DNA of 60,677 nt, the filler included, from Nemertoderma westbladi (taxonomy: Eukaryota; Animalia; Xenacoelomorpha): NCBI GenBank assembly GCA_032718475.1. It is 3 parts of 3 records of this genome, joined end to end, with 100 filler letters (N's around TTAATTAATTAA, not from the genome) between each part and the next. Parts side by side here need not be neighbours in the genome. Positions count along the whole stretch, not along the records: positions 1 to 26,291 come from JAUCBJ010007096.1; 2 more parts are not named here. One strand, 5' to 3'. Below the pieces are notes generated by a model. That model was not told the DNA's origin. It did no database searches and saw only the letters and a list, made by a program, of their open reading frames with translations. This document shows positions 1 to 11,700 of the stretch, one piece after another. Position 1 is the first letter of the stretch. Every line of letters begins with the position of its first letter. The position numbers and the translations under genes were made by a program.

Positions 1-1849
1 ATAGGGTTAAACAGCTTTGATTTACTCGTCCGGGTTTTTGGTTTAACTTTCTCCGCTCCCTTGGCTTGTCTGATCTCCGCCGTGGTGAGATGAGTGGGCC
101 ATTCCTCCTCTTCTTTACTCAGGAAGTCGAGTCCACCTAACCAGTCTGGAGTATCTATCAATTCTTGAGGAGTTGCTCCTCTGGAAGCGATGTCAGCTGG
201 ATTAATCGTCCCAGGGCAATGTCTCCATTGATCTATATTAGAGCGACTGAGTATAATGGTTACTCTGTTGGTAACAAAGACGCTGACCTGACAGACTTCA
301 TTGGTTATATACTCCAGAACGAGTAAAGCATCAGTCCAATAGACAGTTTTCTCTAGTGAATAGTCGATCTGTTCCATTACATTCCGGCCGATGGCTGTAG
401 CGTATAGAGCCGCCTTTAACTCCACTCTGGGAACTCGTAGTTTGTTGTTTATTAGGGCTTTAGAGGCGAGTAATGAAACCTTAATTCCATCGGGAGTTTC
501 AACCCTCAGGTAGGCTACTATACCTATTTTCATATCGCTGGGGTCTCCAAAAACATGGAGTTGATAGGAATACGTGGGGAGAACGTGACCAAAATATGAG
601 CGGGAAATCTTAAAGTTCTCGATAAATGGTAAAGAATTTTCCCATTTCATCCACTTCTTTAGTAGTTCTCCCTTGAGTGGATCATCCCACGAGTGGTACT
701 CGAGCCACATTTGTTGTACTAAGCTCCGAGCAACTAGTATGACTGGGCTAATGAATCCCAACGGATCGAAATAAGTGCTCAGGATACTTAGACAAATCCG
801 TTTAGTTCTAACTGGATTATCTTGTTGTTTCAATTGAAAGAACATAATATCTCTCTCTGTGTCCCATTTTAATCCAAGAGTTTTGGTTTCTGGAAGATTG
901 TCCTTAATGAGGTCAAGATCTTTAACACCTCGGTCTTCTTCTGGGATCGATTCCAGGAACTCATGGGAGTTACTAGTGAATTTAGTTAGACGAAATCCAC
1001 CGCGTTGTAAGCACTCTACCGTTCCCTTGGCAACATCGATTGCTTCTTCCACCGATGGGAGGGACTTTAAATTGTCGTCCATGTAAATATCCTGTTTGAT
1101 GTTGTCGATAACCACTTTAGAGAAGGCGTCTCTGTTGTCATCGGCAGTGGTACGCACTACCAAAAAAGCGTTCGAGGGGCTCGAGATGATCCCGAAAGCC
1201 TGGATTGTCATCCAGTACTCTACCGGTTTTCGGTTGAGGTCTCCTTCAGGCCACCACAGAAATCGTAGGCTGTCTCGATCCCTAGCTAACGCTTTAACTT
1301 GTAGAAAAATGCCTTCGATGTCAGAAGCGAAGGCGATCGAATATTGCCTCAGTCGTAGTAATATTCCCAACAAAGATTGGAGTAAGTTGGGTCCCGGCAA
1401 CAGTTCAGAATTTAGGGATTGTCCCATATAATGGGCGGAGCCGTCAAACACTACCCGTACTTCGTTTGGTTTACCGGGCTTGGGAACATAATGATGTGTC
1501 AAATAATACGTTCTCTCCGTTATGGGTGTTTCTTCTGGAACTTGCTCCGCGTATCCCTTGTCTATAAACTTCTTTAATTGAGTTTTACACATTTCCTTGC
1601 CTCAATCGTTAGCCGTAAAAGGCGGATGAAGTTGCGTGATTCTTTTTTCAGCTAAAGGTCGGTTTTTCACGAAGCTGGGTTCTCTCCGTCGGAACGGCAG
1701 ACCAATCTCATAACGACCTTCATCTTTCAGATAACGTGTGGTCGTTTCCTGAATCTGCTTGGCTCTCTCTTCCTCGACCGATAATGCTTTGTCATAGGAA
1801 TTAGACTCTACCGCTTCTTGAGTAAAGAATCGTACGGCATGTTCATCAC
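1..1849 (-). pseudogene. BEL/Pao LTR retrotransposon pol (RT + Pao RNase H), 3' part; runs off the window start
   Basis: Minus-strand translation gives GRYEIGLPF, YYLTHHYV..PNEVRVVFDGSA, SLNSELLPGPNL, SDIEGIFLQV, DIYMDD (RT), QLHVFGD, VPRVELKAA, YWTDA and HCPGTINPADIASRG (Pao RNase H). In-frame TGA at 1602-1604. Confidence 0.93.
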
Positions 1850-4800
1850 TAGACTGGGCCAAATCAGGTCACTTCATCCAAGTTTGTTTAAAGTTTTACA
1901 AAAGTTGTGTATGATTATGAGGAACATAACCATGAAAAAAAAAAAAAAATTTTCATGTCTGACGGTGGTTACATTGGTTACCATGGTAACCAATTGTAGC
2001 GATGGTGCGGGCACCAAAAAAATGGCTCAGAACTATGATTTCTTGAACTGTTATTAACCTGGTGAGTTCGTTTTAGTAGCAAACGTTGTAGAATTGAGAG
2101 ATGTACAAGAGTTGATGTGGTTGCAAGAGCTGTGACAAACATAAGTTCCTTTTGAATAAAAAAAACAGTTATTTCACCCGAAATCCTTGTCTCCACCAAT
2201 ATTTTCCCAGCTGTAGCTCCGCCAGTGATTTCTACTTTACAGCTGCATGCAGTTAGACTACTGAATACTGCAATTTTGGTTTCAGGCTTACTGCAGTATG
2301 CGTACTGCGTACTGGCAATATCTGACATTTCATTCTGTAAATACAGGATCGTACAAAGTCTGAACCTTCCTCATCCTACTGTACTCTTACTTAGTATGGT
2401 AACTGCAATGCCCGATTTCCTTACACTAGGCTTACATAAATACAGTATCCAGTATCCCATGACGGATTTGGACTGATCAATCACTGATGTCAGTGTCATA
2501 TCAGTATAGCGCCACTATACACTATAGACCATATAGCAGTACCGGTATCAGCCTTAAAAACCCTGAGGCCTACCTATCCTACCAAAGCAAAATAGGCCGA
2601 AGCCTGTTGGGCAAAACAACGTGTTCCTGACAGCTTATGTTCACCTGAGCCTATGTACTATATACTGTACTGTACAGTGTACACCTAAGCCAATGTAGGC
2701 CTAATAACCTATGAATATTTAAATTGTTCAATATAATCATTGTAATGAATACGAAAGCAAAGACCGTACTTTGGCTGGTCAATAAGTCACCACCACTATT
2801 CCAGGAGCCTGGTAATCATGGATTTCATGGTTGTTATCCACCAACTGGAGAAGAAGTGTTGCTACAGTTCCATGGCTACCATCACCATCTTCAGGAAGCC
2901 ACGAATCTACAATCCAGTGTGCGGGATTCTGTCAAGTTGGTTGTAGAAGATATCCAGCAATGGTGGGGAAGAACTGGAATTGAAATTAAATCATGGCCAG
3001 CTTTGGAGAGCATGGTGAATGGAGATATAGATAAATTAAAGCTCCTGAAGAAATGGCGGAATAAAGAGACTGAACCTGAGATAAAGAGGAGAGAGGATTT
3101 CTTGTTGAAACTTAGAAATACATTTTGGGTGGTACAACCAAGCTATGAAAAAGAACTATCACGATTACATGCAACAACAACAGACAAGCGGAAACTAGAG
3201 GACTGGATGTATCTGGAAGGGGTGAGAGGGGGGAGCAGAACTGCAACTTTGGGTGCATTAGATGTGCAACTGAGAAAGCGCCAGAAGCGTAGGCTGTTGA
3301 CTGAACAGTCTGAAGCTGAAAGAAGACGTGCTGGGGAAGATGTATCATTTGCCACTGCTTCCGAGAAGGTTGGTGACAATGATTCAGACAAAAGTGATGA
3401 TGATACTACCTACACTCTACCTCTTCCAGGTCCCTCCTCAAAGAAGATGAAGAAAAAGGAAGGAATTCCACAGGCAGCATGCCTGATTGCAGATAAGTAC
3501 AGCATATCAAACCGAGCAATCACGGAACTGGCTGCAGCTTTCCATAAAGCAGATGGTAAATCTCTTGAAGAATACTGTCTTTCTGTCAACACAGCAGGGA
3601 GAAGAAGATCTTCAATTAGAGTTGGCGCTGCACAGGCTATTGTACAATATCAGCTTGGAGGAGAAAACGAGAAAATATTTGCCTTACACTGGGATGGAAA
3701 AATAATAAAGTCATTAACCCATGTTGGGAAAAGCCCAGAGACAGTGGCTGTCATCTTGACTGGAACAGATGGTCAGGAAGTGCTGCTGTCTATTGTGGGG
3801 TTAGATGGTAGGCCAAATGCTGAAAATGAGGCTTCAAAGATCATGCAGGTCCTCAATGACTATCATATTGACACCTCACGGATTGGTGCTCTCATATTCG
3901 ACACAACATCAGTTAACTCGGGGTACAAGCAGGGTGTTGTTAAAAGATTGGAGTCAGAATTTGGTAGGGCCCTCCTTCAGCTGGCTTGCAGACACCACAT
4001 ATATGAGTTGATTGTGAAAGCATCAAGTGTCATTGTCTATGGAGAAAGCTCTTCACCAAAGGAGGGGATGTTTGACCCGCTTATCCAACATTGGGATACC
4101 ATAGACAAGTGTAACTTGGCCTTGGTAAATGTGACAAAACGGAACAGGGTGCTCACTGGTCTTGTGGAGACAACTACTTCATTTCTTCATACCTGGCTGG
4201 GAAACAGCACCAAACAATCGTTGAGACACGATTACCTAGAGCTAGCTAAACTAGCCCTCCTATTTTTAGGTGGAACTGTTCCTAGTGGGTGGCCAGACAT
4301 CACAATAAAAGACCCAGGCGCATACCATCATGCAAGATGGATGTCCAAGGCATTGTACACACTCAAGATAGCCTTGTTACGATCTGAACTCCACGATGTC
4401 TACACAACTGACGAGCTCGAATCAATCACCAGCCTAGCTGTATTCATATCAGTATTCTACACTAAAGCCTGGCTGACTTCTACCTCTGCTGCAGATGCCC
4501 CTCAGAACGACCTTGATTTAATGAAGATATTCGTCAAGACTGAGGCTAGCATCTCAAAAAATCCAGAACAGTGGCCAGTGAACTTCAGCTCACTTGTCAG
4601 TGCTGCTCGCAATAAGTTGGAAAACCACTTGTGGTATTTATCTGAACGCCTTGTAACTTTATCTCTCTTCAGTGACAGGGTACCGATATCTTCAAAGTCA
4701 ACTATCAGGAAGGCACTTCTAAGGGTCCAGGGTGTCGAACCACAAAATAAGCTCCAAGAGATGCCAGCCTCCTATCGTTTTGAGAGTAAGTCCCTCAAGG

Positions 4801-5704
4801 ACTTTGTTGGGCCTGATTCGTGGTCCCTGTTCCCTCTACTTGGCATTGATCCTGGCTTTGTCAAACTACCTGTGGAGCAGTGGGTTACATGCAATTCGTA
4901 TCTAGCAGGAAAAGCAGTGGTTGACAAGTTGCCAGTTGTGAACGATGCTGCAGAGCGTGCATTAGGGCTAGCCACAGATTTGAACACAGCTAAGGCTCCC
5001 AAAACTGATGTACAGCTACAGGCCCTCTACAAGGTAGTAAAAGGGGTTAGACAGAAGCTCCATGGACTCTCGACATCATCAGAAACTGTAACAAAGAAGT
5101 CATTGAGTGTTGTCGCATATGAATGGGTTTGATCTAACTCTTTGAAAGTCTTCACCAATTGATGAAACTCTAAGTGATTTGATTTTTAATATATGGTCTT
5201 AATAATTGGTGTTTGTTTGCTCTCAATTTGGTTTTTTGCTCTTAATACTAAATATTAATTGTTCTTTATTTGTATTTAAATTTGATGTAATATGCTGTGC
5301 TGTATTTGAATATTGTTAATTTTTTGAATGACTTCGATCACTTTGAAAAGTGACAATAATTCCCCATAGATACATTAGATATGTGTTGGAAGTGGGTTTC
5401 TTCAATCAAAAAGTAAGCAATATGTATAGGGATCCAATCTACCTTGTTTATCATCCAATTCTGCAACTTTTGGTGACAAAGTGAACTCTGGCGGGCAACT
5501 AACACTTGATAAATTGTAATTTTAGTGGGAATTTCAATAGGCCATTTGTTGTTACCATGGTAACAGCTGTAACCACCGTTAGACATCAATATTTTTCGAA
5601 ATTTTTTTCATTCTTGTGTCACTCATACTCATGCACAACTTTTGTGACACTTTAAGCTATTAGCCTTCAAAAATTAAAAAAGGTCCAAAATTTGGCCCAG
5701 TCTA
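1850..5704 (+). mobile_element. Complete hAT-superfamily (hATm-type) DNA transposon
   Basis: Perfect 15-bp TIR TAGACTGGGCCAAAT (1850-1864 / 5690-5704). 8-bp TSD TTCATCAC at 1842-1849 and 5705-5712. Imperfect subterminal inverted similarity over about 140 bp. Confidence 0.95.
2745..5132 (+). CDS. hATm-type DDE transposase (about 795 aa from the first ATG at 2745)
   Basis: Uninterrupted ORF with LHWDGK (D1), FDTTSVNSG (D2), CRHH, HHARW and VNDAAER (E) motifs. Confidence 0.9.
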   Translation: MNTKAKTVLWLVNKSPPLFQEPGNHGFHGCYPPTGEEVLLQFHGYHHHLQEATNLQSSVRDSVKLVVEDIQQWWGRTGIEIKSWPALESMVNGDIDKLKLLKKWRNKETEPEIKRREDFLLKLRNTFWVVQPSYEKELSRLHATTTDKRKLEDWMYLEGVRGGSRTATLGALDVQLRKRQKRRLLTEQSEAERRRAGEDVSFATASEKVGDNDSDKSDDDTTYTLPLPGPSSKKMKKKEGIPQAACLIADKYSISNRAITELAAAFHKADGKSLEEYCLSVNTAGRRRSSIRVGAAQAIVQYQLGGENEKIFALHWDGKIIKSLTHVGKSPETVAVILTGTDGQEVLLSIVGLDGRPNAENEASKIMQVLNDYHIDTSRIGALIFDTTSVNSGYKQGVVKRLESEFGRALLQLACRHHIYELIVKASSVIVYGESSSPKEGMFDPLIQHWDTIDKCNLALVNVTKRNRVLTGLVETTTSFLHTWLGNSTKQSLRHDYLELAKLALLFLGGTVPSGWPDITIKDPGAYHHARWMSKALYTLKIALLRSELHDVYTTDELESITSLAVFISVFYTKAWLTSTSAADAPQNDLDLMKIFVKTEASISKNPEQWPVNFSSLVSAARNKLENHLWYLSERLVTLSLFSDRVPISSKSTIRKALLRVQGVEPQNKLQEMPASYRFESKSLKDFVGPDSWSLFPLLGIDPGFVKLPVEQWVTCNSYLAGKAVVDKLPVVNDAAERALGLATDLNTAKAPKTDVQLQALYKVVKGVRQKLHGLSTSSETVTKKSLSVVAYEWV

Positions 5705-5712
5705 TTCATCAC

Positions 5713-6337
5713 GTACCTTATTGTTATACCGCTCTACCACTTCATATAATTCATCGTCATAAGTCAATTGTTTGTTCTTTTGACTGATAAGGTTACACAG
5801 GTTAACTTGGTTTAACCAAGTTTGGTTCTCAGTGAGGAGTTCAATGGTATTTTCCTCGTCATATAAATTGTGAATATCGTCATTATCTGAGGAGTATGGA
5901 GTATCTTCCATTCTTCCATCAACCATCAGTATCTTCCATCATCACTTATATCTTCCTCCCACTCATTTACCTGATGGACTTGTTCGTTTGGAAGTCTTTC
6001 CTGTAAAGTCCTGTGGGAAGGACCAGTGAAGTACCAACCTACTCTTGTTCTTCCCACGTAAGTCTGGAGTGGTCACGGTCAAGCAGGCCGTTTTTCTATT
6101 GTCTCAAGCGCCTCGTGCGCATTTTGGCCAAACAATATCTGTACCCCTGGATAATCAGTACTGAATCTAGGTATGTTGTATTGCTGGGTAAAATGATCAT
6201 CATCCCAGTTGAAAGGCTCCACTTGGCTAGTAGCAAAGTTCTTTATCGCCACCATCTTAACTGACCTTACACTATTTTCTCCTAGTTCATCCTGGGGAGT
6301 GGACAATGAACCCACATAATAATCTGTGGATACCGTG
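5713..6337 (-). pseudogene. BEL/Pao pol, upstream part (protease C-terminal region); same element as 1-1849
   Basis: VQILFGQNA ... RTRVGWYFTGP resembles the BEL LLIG.D...T.LGW..SGP region. It contains stops and a frameshift, and joins 1849 once the hAT insertion and one TSD are removed. Confidence 0.8.
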
Positions 6338-7232
6338 AGTAGTAGGAGAAACATAGACCTGAGCGTACTCCTCCCTAGCCTGGGCTACGGGCTGCATCTC
6401 GGAGGGCTATTAAAAACGTGCTAAATCGCGATGTTTAATGACCATCTGTCACCATCAATATTGATTTGTGTCGATGCCTTCAACCAATCGTTGCTTATCG
6501 CCTACGCGTAGCCTAACCTCACGATGCCTGCCTTACTCGATAGCTGTTACCAACCGTGAGTATTGATTCGTGTTGTTGCATCAACCAACCATCGCATATT
6601 CATCTTCGCGTAACCTAACTTCACGATGCATGGCTAGCCCCCACTACGCTATTATATTATATCGATTGCCAACTCACCACCGCTAGCCTCGGCTACTCCT
6701 CGACGGCTGTCGCCAAACCAATCCAACCAACCAAGCAGCCTACCAGTCCAACGCTATGATACGTGAAATTCCGCCACGTTCCAGCTACACGTATACGAAC
6801 ATTTCCATAGTTACTCAACCTAACCTAACCAATCCCACAGCATCTGTGTCATATTGAAAGGCTACCACCACCACCACTAACATTATACTGTGCGTTTTTA
6901 TAATAATAATTATTGATTATTATTACACACAACCCTATGATTCATATTCTTTCACGTATTTCCTATCCACGCAATCAACCAGCCAGCTATTCATCCACGT
7001 TGCTCCCCATCTCTTTTCTTATTCGTTGATGATTATGACACGTACCATCTCTTCTTCGTTGACTATGCCACATCGCAAATTTATATATATATAAGTGAAT
7101 GTTTTTAATAAAATTCATCACTTGTAATCTTCATGGTAATATATTGATGCCATATCTAATTTTTTTTGTTCTCACTCTGAAATTGTGTTTTTTCCTTAAT
7201 AATTTATACATTATCTTACTCGTTGTATATTC

Positions 7233-7396
7233 GTTGGTCGGAAAACGACACCACATAAAATGATACTGATTCCAGCATTGGGTATCGACTCAAAAACGAA
7301 AATCTGAGCTACGTGTCTCGCCCGATCTTTGTTTTTGAGTCGATACCTAATGTCGAACTCAGCATCATTTTTCTCTGGTGTCGTCTTCCGAGCAAC
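7233..7396. repeat. Imperfect inverted repeat (about 70-bp arms, short loop)
   Basis: GTCGGAAAACGACACCA...GGTATCGACTCAAAAAC pairs with GTTTTTGAGTCGATACC...TGGTGTCGTCTTCCGA. Confidence 0.9.
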
Positions 7397-7576
7397 ACAA
7401 TTTTAGAGTGAGAACTCTGGTGTCAATTTATTACAGCGATACGGTTTAAAATTTATCACTTGTAATATTTTTCGTATTTATTATTATTATTATGGCCTTA
7501 ACGCAAAAAACCGGAGCAACAAATAGCTGGAAATTTACTTACAATAAATATACTTGTTCACAGCAAGTATTTTATT

Positions 7577-8545
7577 GTGGAATCTCAGGAGGACAACGAA
7601 TCAATTTGTTTTTCCCATCAAGATACCCGCTATTTGTTAGACATTCTAGAAACAACCAACAACCAACATCAATCCAGACCAGCAATTATACCAGGTAGGA
7701 TATATCCCACTCTTCGTTTTGCGCGGGGAAATTTGAATATTTCCATCAACCCCACATCGGGTGATGTTTACGTTCAGAAACAAGGCAAATGTAAAGTTCT
7801 CAACAAAGCTTTTACTGAAGTTCTAATTCAATACAGAGGGAAATTATTGCAATTTCTCTCTCCACCGCTAGAGATTATTAGCGATCAATTCTACATTGAA
7901 TTATCAAATCCAGAGTTTATTGGATTTGTAACAGCTTTTAAAGGAACCAACTATGTTGGCTTATGGAAAATCAGCCTCAGATACACTGATAGTGTTGGTT
8001 TTAACTATTATACGGGTTTCAATTTGTCAAAACAGGAACTAACCGTTTTGTTGCGAGAGTGGGACAACCAAGTCAATGAAACAGACAAGCATCTTTTTGA
8101 TAAAAATATCATTCAATTATCAGACAGGCTCAAAATGATTAAAACCAATAATAAAAAAATTATTATCACCAACACCGATAATTCTACTGAAGTAGGTGCC
8201 GGCGGAAATTCTATCGAGTTGCATTACTTGAATGATAAAGCCCATATTAGTTTTCTCAAAGAATCGATGGATGGTGTTTCTCTTACTGAAGCCCATGTTG
8301 ACGGTTTTGTCCTTTTGGATAAACCTAAAGCGTTCGTAGAGATCCCATCACCTAATCCAGATGTTGAAGAGAGTTGCTCTCAACCGCAACAGGTCTTTCC
8401 TGAAATATTACCTCGGAAGCCAAGATCATCGAGTAAATTTACCAACGCATCACCTGCAAAGAAACAGAAAGTTGTCAGTAACCCAGTTCTAGTAGAGCCT
8501 GTTACTAATTCTCCATGGAAACCAGATTATTATCCTAACATGTAA
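7577..8545 (+). CDS. Polinton PC4-like ssDNA-binding/coactivator protein
   Basis: FVTAFKGTNYVGLWK...GFNLSKQELTVL resembles the PC4 core V..FKG...IDIR...GISL..EQW..L. The C-tail is basic and NLS-like (PAKKQK). The true start is probably ATG 7492, with a 1-bp indel in the A-run at 7505-7510. Confidence 0.6.
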   Translation: MESQEDNESICFSHQDTRYLLDILETTNNQHQSRPAIIPGRIYPTLRFARGNLNISINPTSGDVYVQKQGKCKVLNKAFTEVLIQYRGKLLQFLSPPLEIISDQFYIELSNPEFIGFVTAFKGTNYVGLWKISLRYTDSVGFNYYTGFNLSKQELTVLLREWDNQVNETDKHLFDKNIIQLSDRLKMIKTNNKKIIITNTDNSTEVGAGGNSIELHYLNDKAHISFLKESMDGVSLTEAHVDGFVLLDKPKAFVEIPSPNPDVEESCSQPQQVFPEILPRKPRSSSKFTNASPAKKQKVVSNPVLVEPVTNSPWKPDYYPNM

Positions 8546-8731
8546 GCCTAATCATAAGTTAAACTCTTTGCGGTTTCCAATAGTCATAAGCGATTGGTGA
8601 TTGGTTTAAAATTATTTCCCTCGCTAGCATATAAATGTTTAGATGTATTCAATATCATATCATTTCATTTTATTTTAATCTTTGGAGATATTTTATTATT
8701 ATTATTATTATTTATCTAAACAAACTTCAAC

Positions 8732-11700
8732 ATGGATAAAATAACAATATGTTGTTCATTCTGTCATATGAATGTAACTAGACATAATTATTTACGCCAC
8801 CTACGGTCACATTTTGAAAGTTATTCTTGTTTAAAGTGTCATGTCGTGACTTCATGCAGCGAAATTTGTAAACGACATGAATCGACTACTGGTTGTAAAG
8901 AAATGGAGTTCCGCACCTATCAATTGACTTGTTCTACCTGTAATAAAGAGTATACATATGACAATTATTTACGACACGATTGTCACTTGAAATGTTACTA
9001 CACAAGAAAGCGTAAATCTCCGCAACATAAAAATATATTATCTAGAAAAAACTTAAGGGTGGCTCTTGGTACAGGCGCAACAATTTTTACGCGGGAACAA
9101 GAAGCTCACGATAATCGTCTTGTAATTTATGTCCACGACCTCCCAACTTCTAGAGATTATCCCGATGTAGAAACAGCAGTAACGCAAATTCGAGGTAATA
9201 TTCTTCAGTTAATATTAGATAGATTGAAAGAAATGAATGTTCTTAGACTGTGGTTAGGTCTAAATGTATTAATGTACAGGTCACATTTTTCAGAAGGTGA
9301 GCAATTGGAAACCTTTTATTTTAATTCTTCCGGTGGTGCTATTAATACTGTAGATTCGCCGCAAAGTTTTGACACATGGTTTGAGTATGTGCTGGGGAAT
9401 ATATTACAAAAAATAGCCATCTTTAACACACGTGGTTCTGGGTGGCGTATTAGATCTTTATTAAGGGTTGAAATTAAATTAGCTGAATCTAAGTGTAGGT
9501 CGTTACTATATAAGGGGCATGGGTATATGGAATTACCTAAAGCTCTATCAGGTAAACAGTGTGTTATAAATGTACAATCGGCTGATAATGACTGTTTTAA
9601 ATGGGCAATTATATCTGCAAAATTTAGTAGCAAAGTGAAAAACAACAAACAGCGTACTTCATCGTACAAAAATTATATGACTCATTTCATTTTTGACAAC
9701 GGGAACAAAGATTATCCAACAGAGTGGCAGTTAGCAATTAAACTTTTTGAAAAACAAAATTCAAAATATATAATTAATTTACTATGTTGGAATAACGACA
9801 ACAAACGCACCCGGTATCTATATTAAGACAACCTCCGTTTAGTAAAATTACACCTGATAAACAGTTATTAAATATATTACTTGTAGTAAAAAATAACAAT
9901 GTACCTAAACTGAATCATTATGTTTGCATAACTAACTTGAATCGATTGCTGAATACGAGAGCACTTCATATCAGGAATAGGAAATATTGCGAAAGGTGTT
10001 TGGCTCATTTTTTTCGAGCGGAAGTTCTTCATCGACACCGTCTCGCCTGCTACCAAGGAAGAAGTCAGCGCGAGAAACTACCTAATAAAAAAAGAACACA
10101 CATTAGTTTTACAAATTTAGATAGAACCTTATCCCCATTGTTTGTCACCTACTTTGATATAGAATGTATCTTACAACCGTCAGTTAATAATCAAATTATA
10201 CAGGAGCATATACCGTGTGCTGTGAGTTATTTAATTGTTCCCAATACTGAATTAATTGATGCTCCAAAATGTCATTTGAAAACATTCGTAAAGTCAAATA
10301 ATAATAATTGTATTCAAGATTTCTTAGATTCATTATATACTGATTTAACTGAATTATGTTGTTGGTCAGAAATATACACACATAAAACTATGTCATTTAC
10401 TAATATTGATTTTGTAAATTTTGAACAAGCAAAATTTTGTTTTTATTGTAATGTTACTTTAAATAATAATGTTGGGAAAAACAGACACCATTCACATATT
10501 ACAGGTAAATATATTGCAGCAGCCTGTAATAGTTGTAACCGAAGTTTATCATTGAAACGATACCTGTATGTACTTTGCGGGCACAATTCCAACAATTACG
10601 ATATACATTGTATATTACAAAGCGGATTTAGAGATAAGAAATACACAGATTGGGATATAAAGGTTATACCGAGAAATACAGAACGATATATTTCACTGAG
10701 TGCCTTTATCCCAATTAAAAACACTTCTAAGAAAATTGAGTTACGTTTCTTAGACACATATCAATTTTTAAGCTTTTCTTTAAGTAATTTAGTTGAGTGT
10801 TCAACAAAGGATGTAGCCAGTCATGATATAAGCTCAATTTTACCTATTACTCTACAAGAAATGAAATATTTTTATCCAAACTTGAATAACTCAACGATTA
10901 AATGGAAAGGAGTATTTCCATACGAGTACTTGACAGATATAAATAAATTTAATGATACTGGTTTGCCGTCTATAAATAATTTTTTTAGTAACTAAAGTCA
11001 AAAAACATGCACAATTGAAGATTATAGGTTTGCGGGAATATCATGGGTAGAATTCGACTGTGTGAATCTCAAAGATTATCTTTTAGCCTATTTAAAACTC
11101 GATGTTTGTTTGCTTGCCGATATATTTGAGAATTTTAGGAATGTTTGTAAACAAAATTACGATTTAGAAGCGGTTTTTTACTGTAGTATCGCGTCATTTA
11201 CCTATGATTGCGCGCTAAAATATAATAAATGTAAAATAGAATTAATAAAGGATTATCAGACATATAGAGATTTTGAAAAATCAATTAGGGGTGGTGTTTC
11301 ATTTTGTCGAAAACATTATATAGAATCAAATATACCAGGTACAAGTACATATGATTCTACTAAGGAAGAATGCCATATTTTTAATATTGATTTCAACTCT
11401 TTATATTCTGGGAATATAAGTAAAAAACTACCCACCTCACAATTCAAAGAAGTAAGTATTAAACATTTAGAGAATGCAATACCAGAAAAACTAATCGAGT
11501 ACTTGGTAGATTTAGACATTGAGGGATCTACTGGATATTTTTTAATATGTGATTTAAATTATCCCAAGGCTATTCACGATCAAACATTACAATTACCGTT
11601 AGCCCCCGAGCATTTAAGTATAAATGAATCAATGCTTTCACCTTATATGCGGGAACAATTTAATAACTTGTCAATACAAAGAGATACCTCCCGTAAATAT

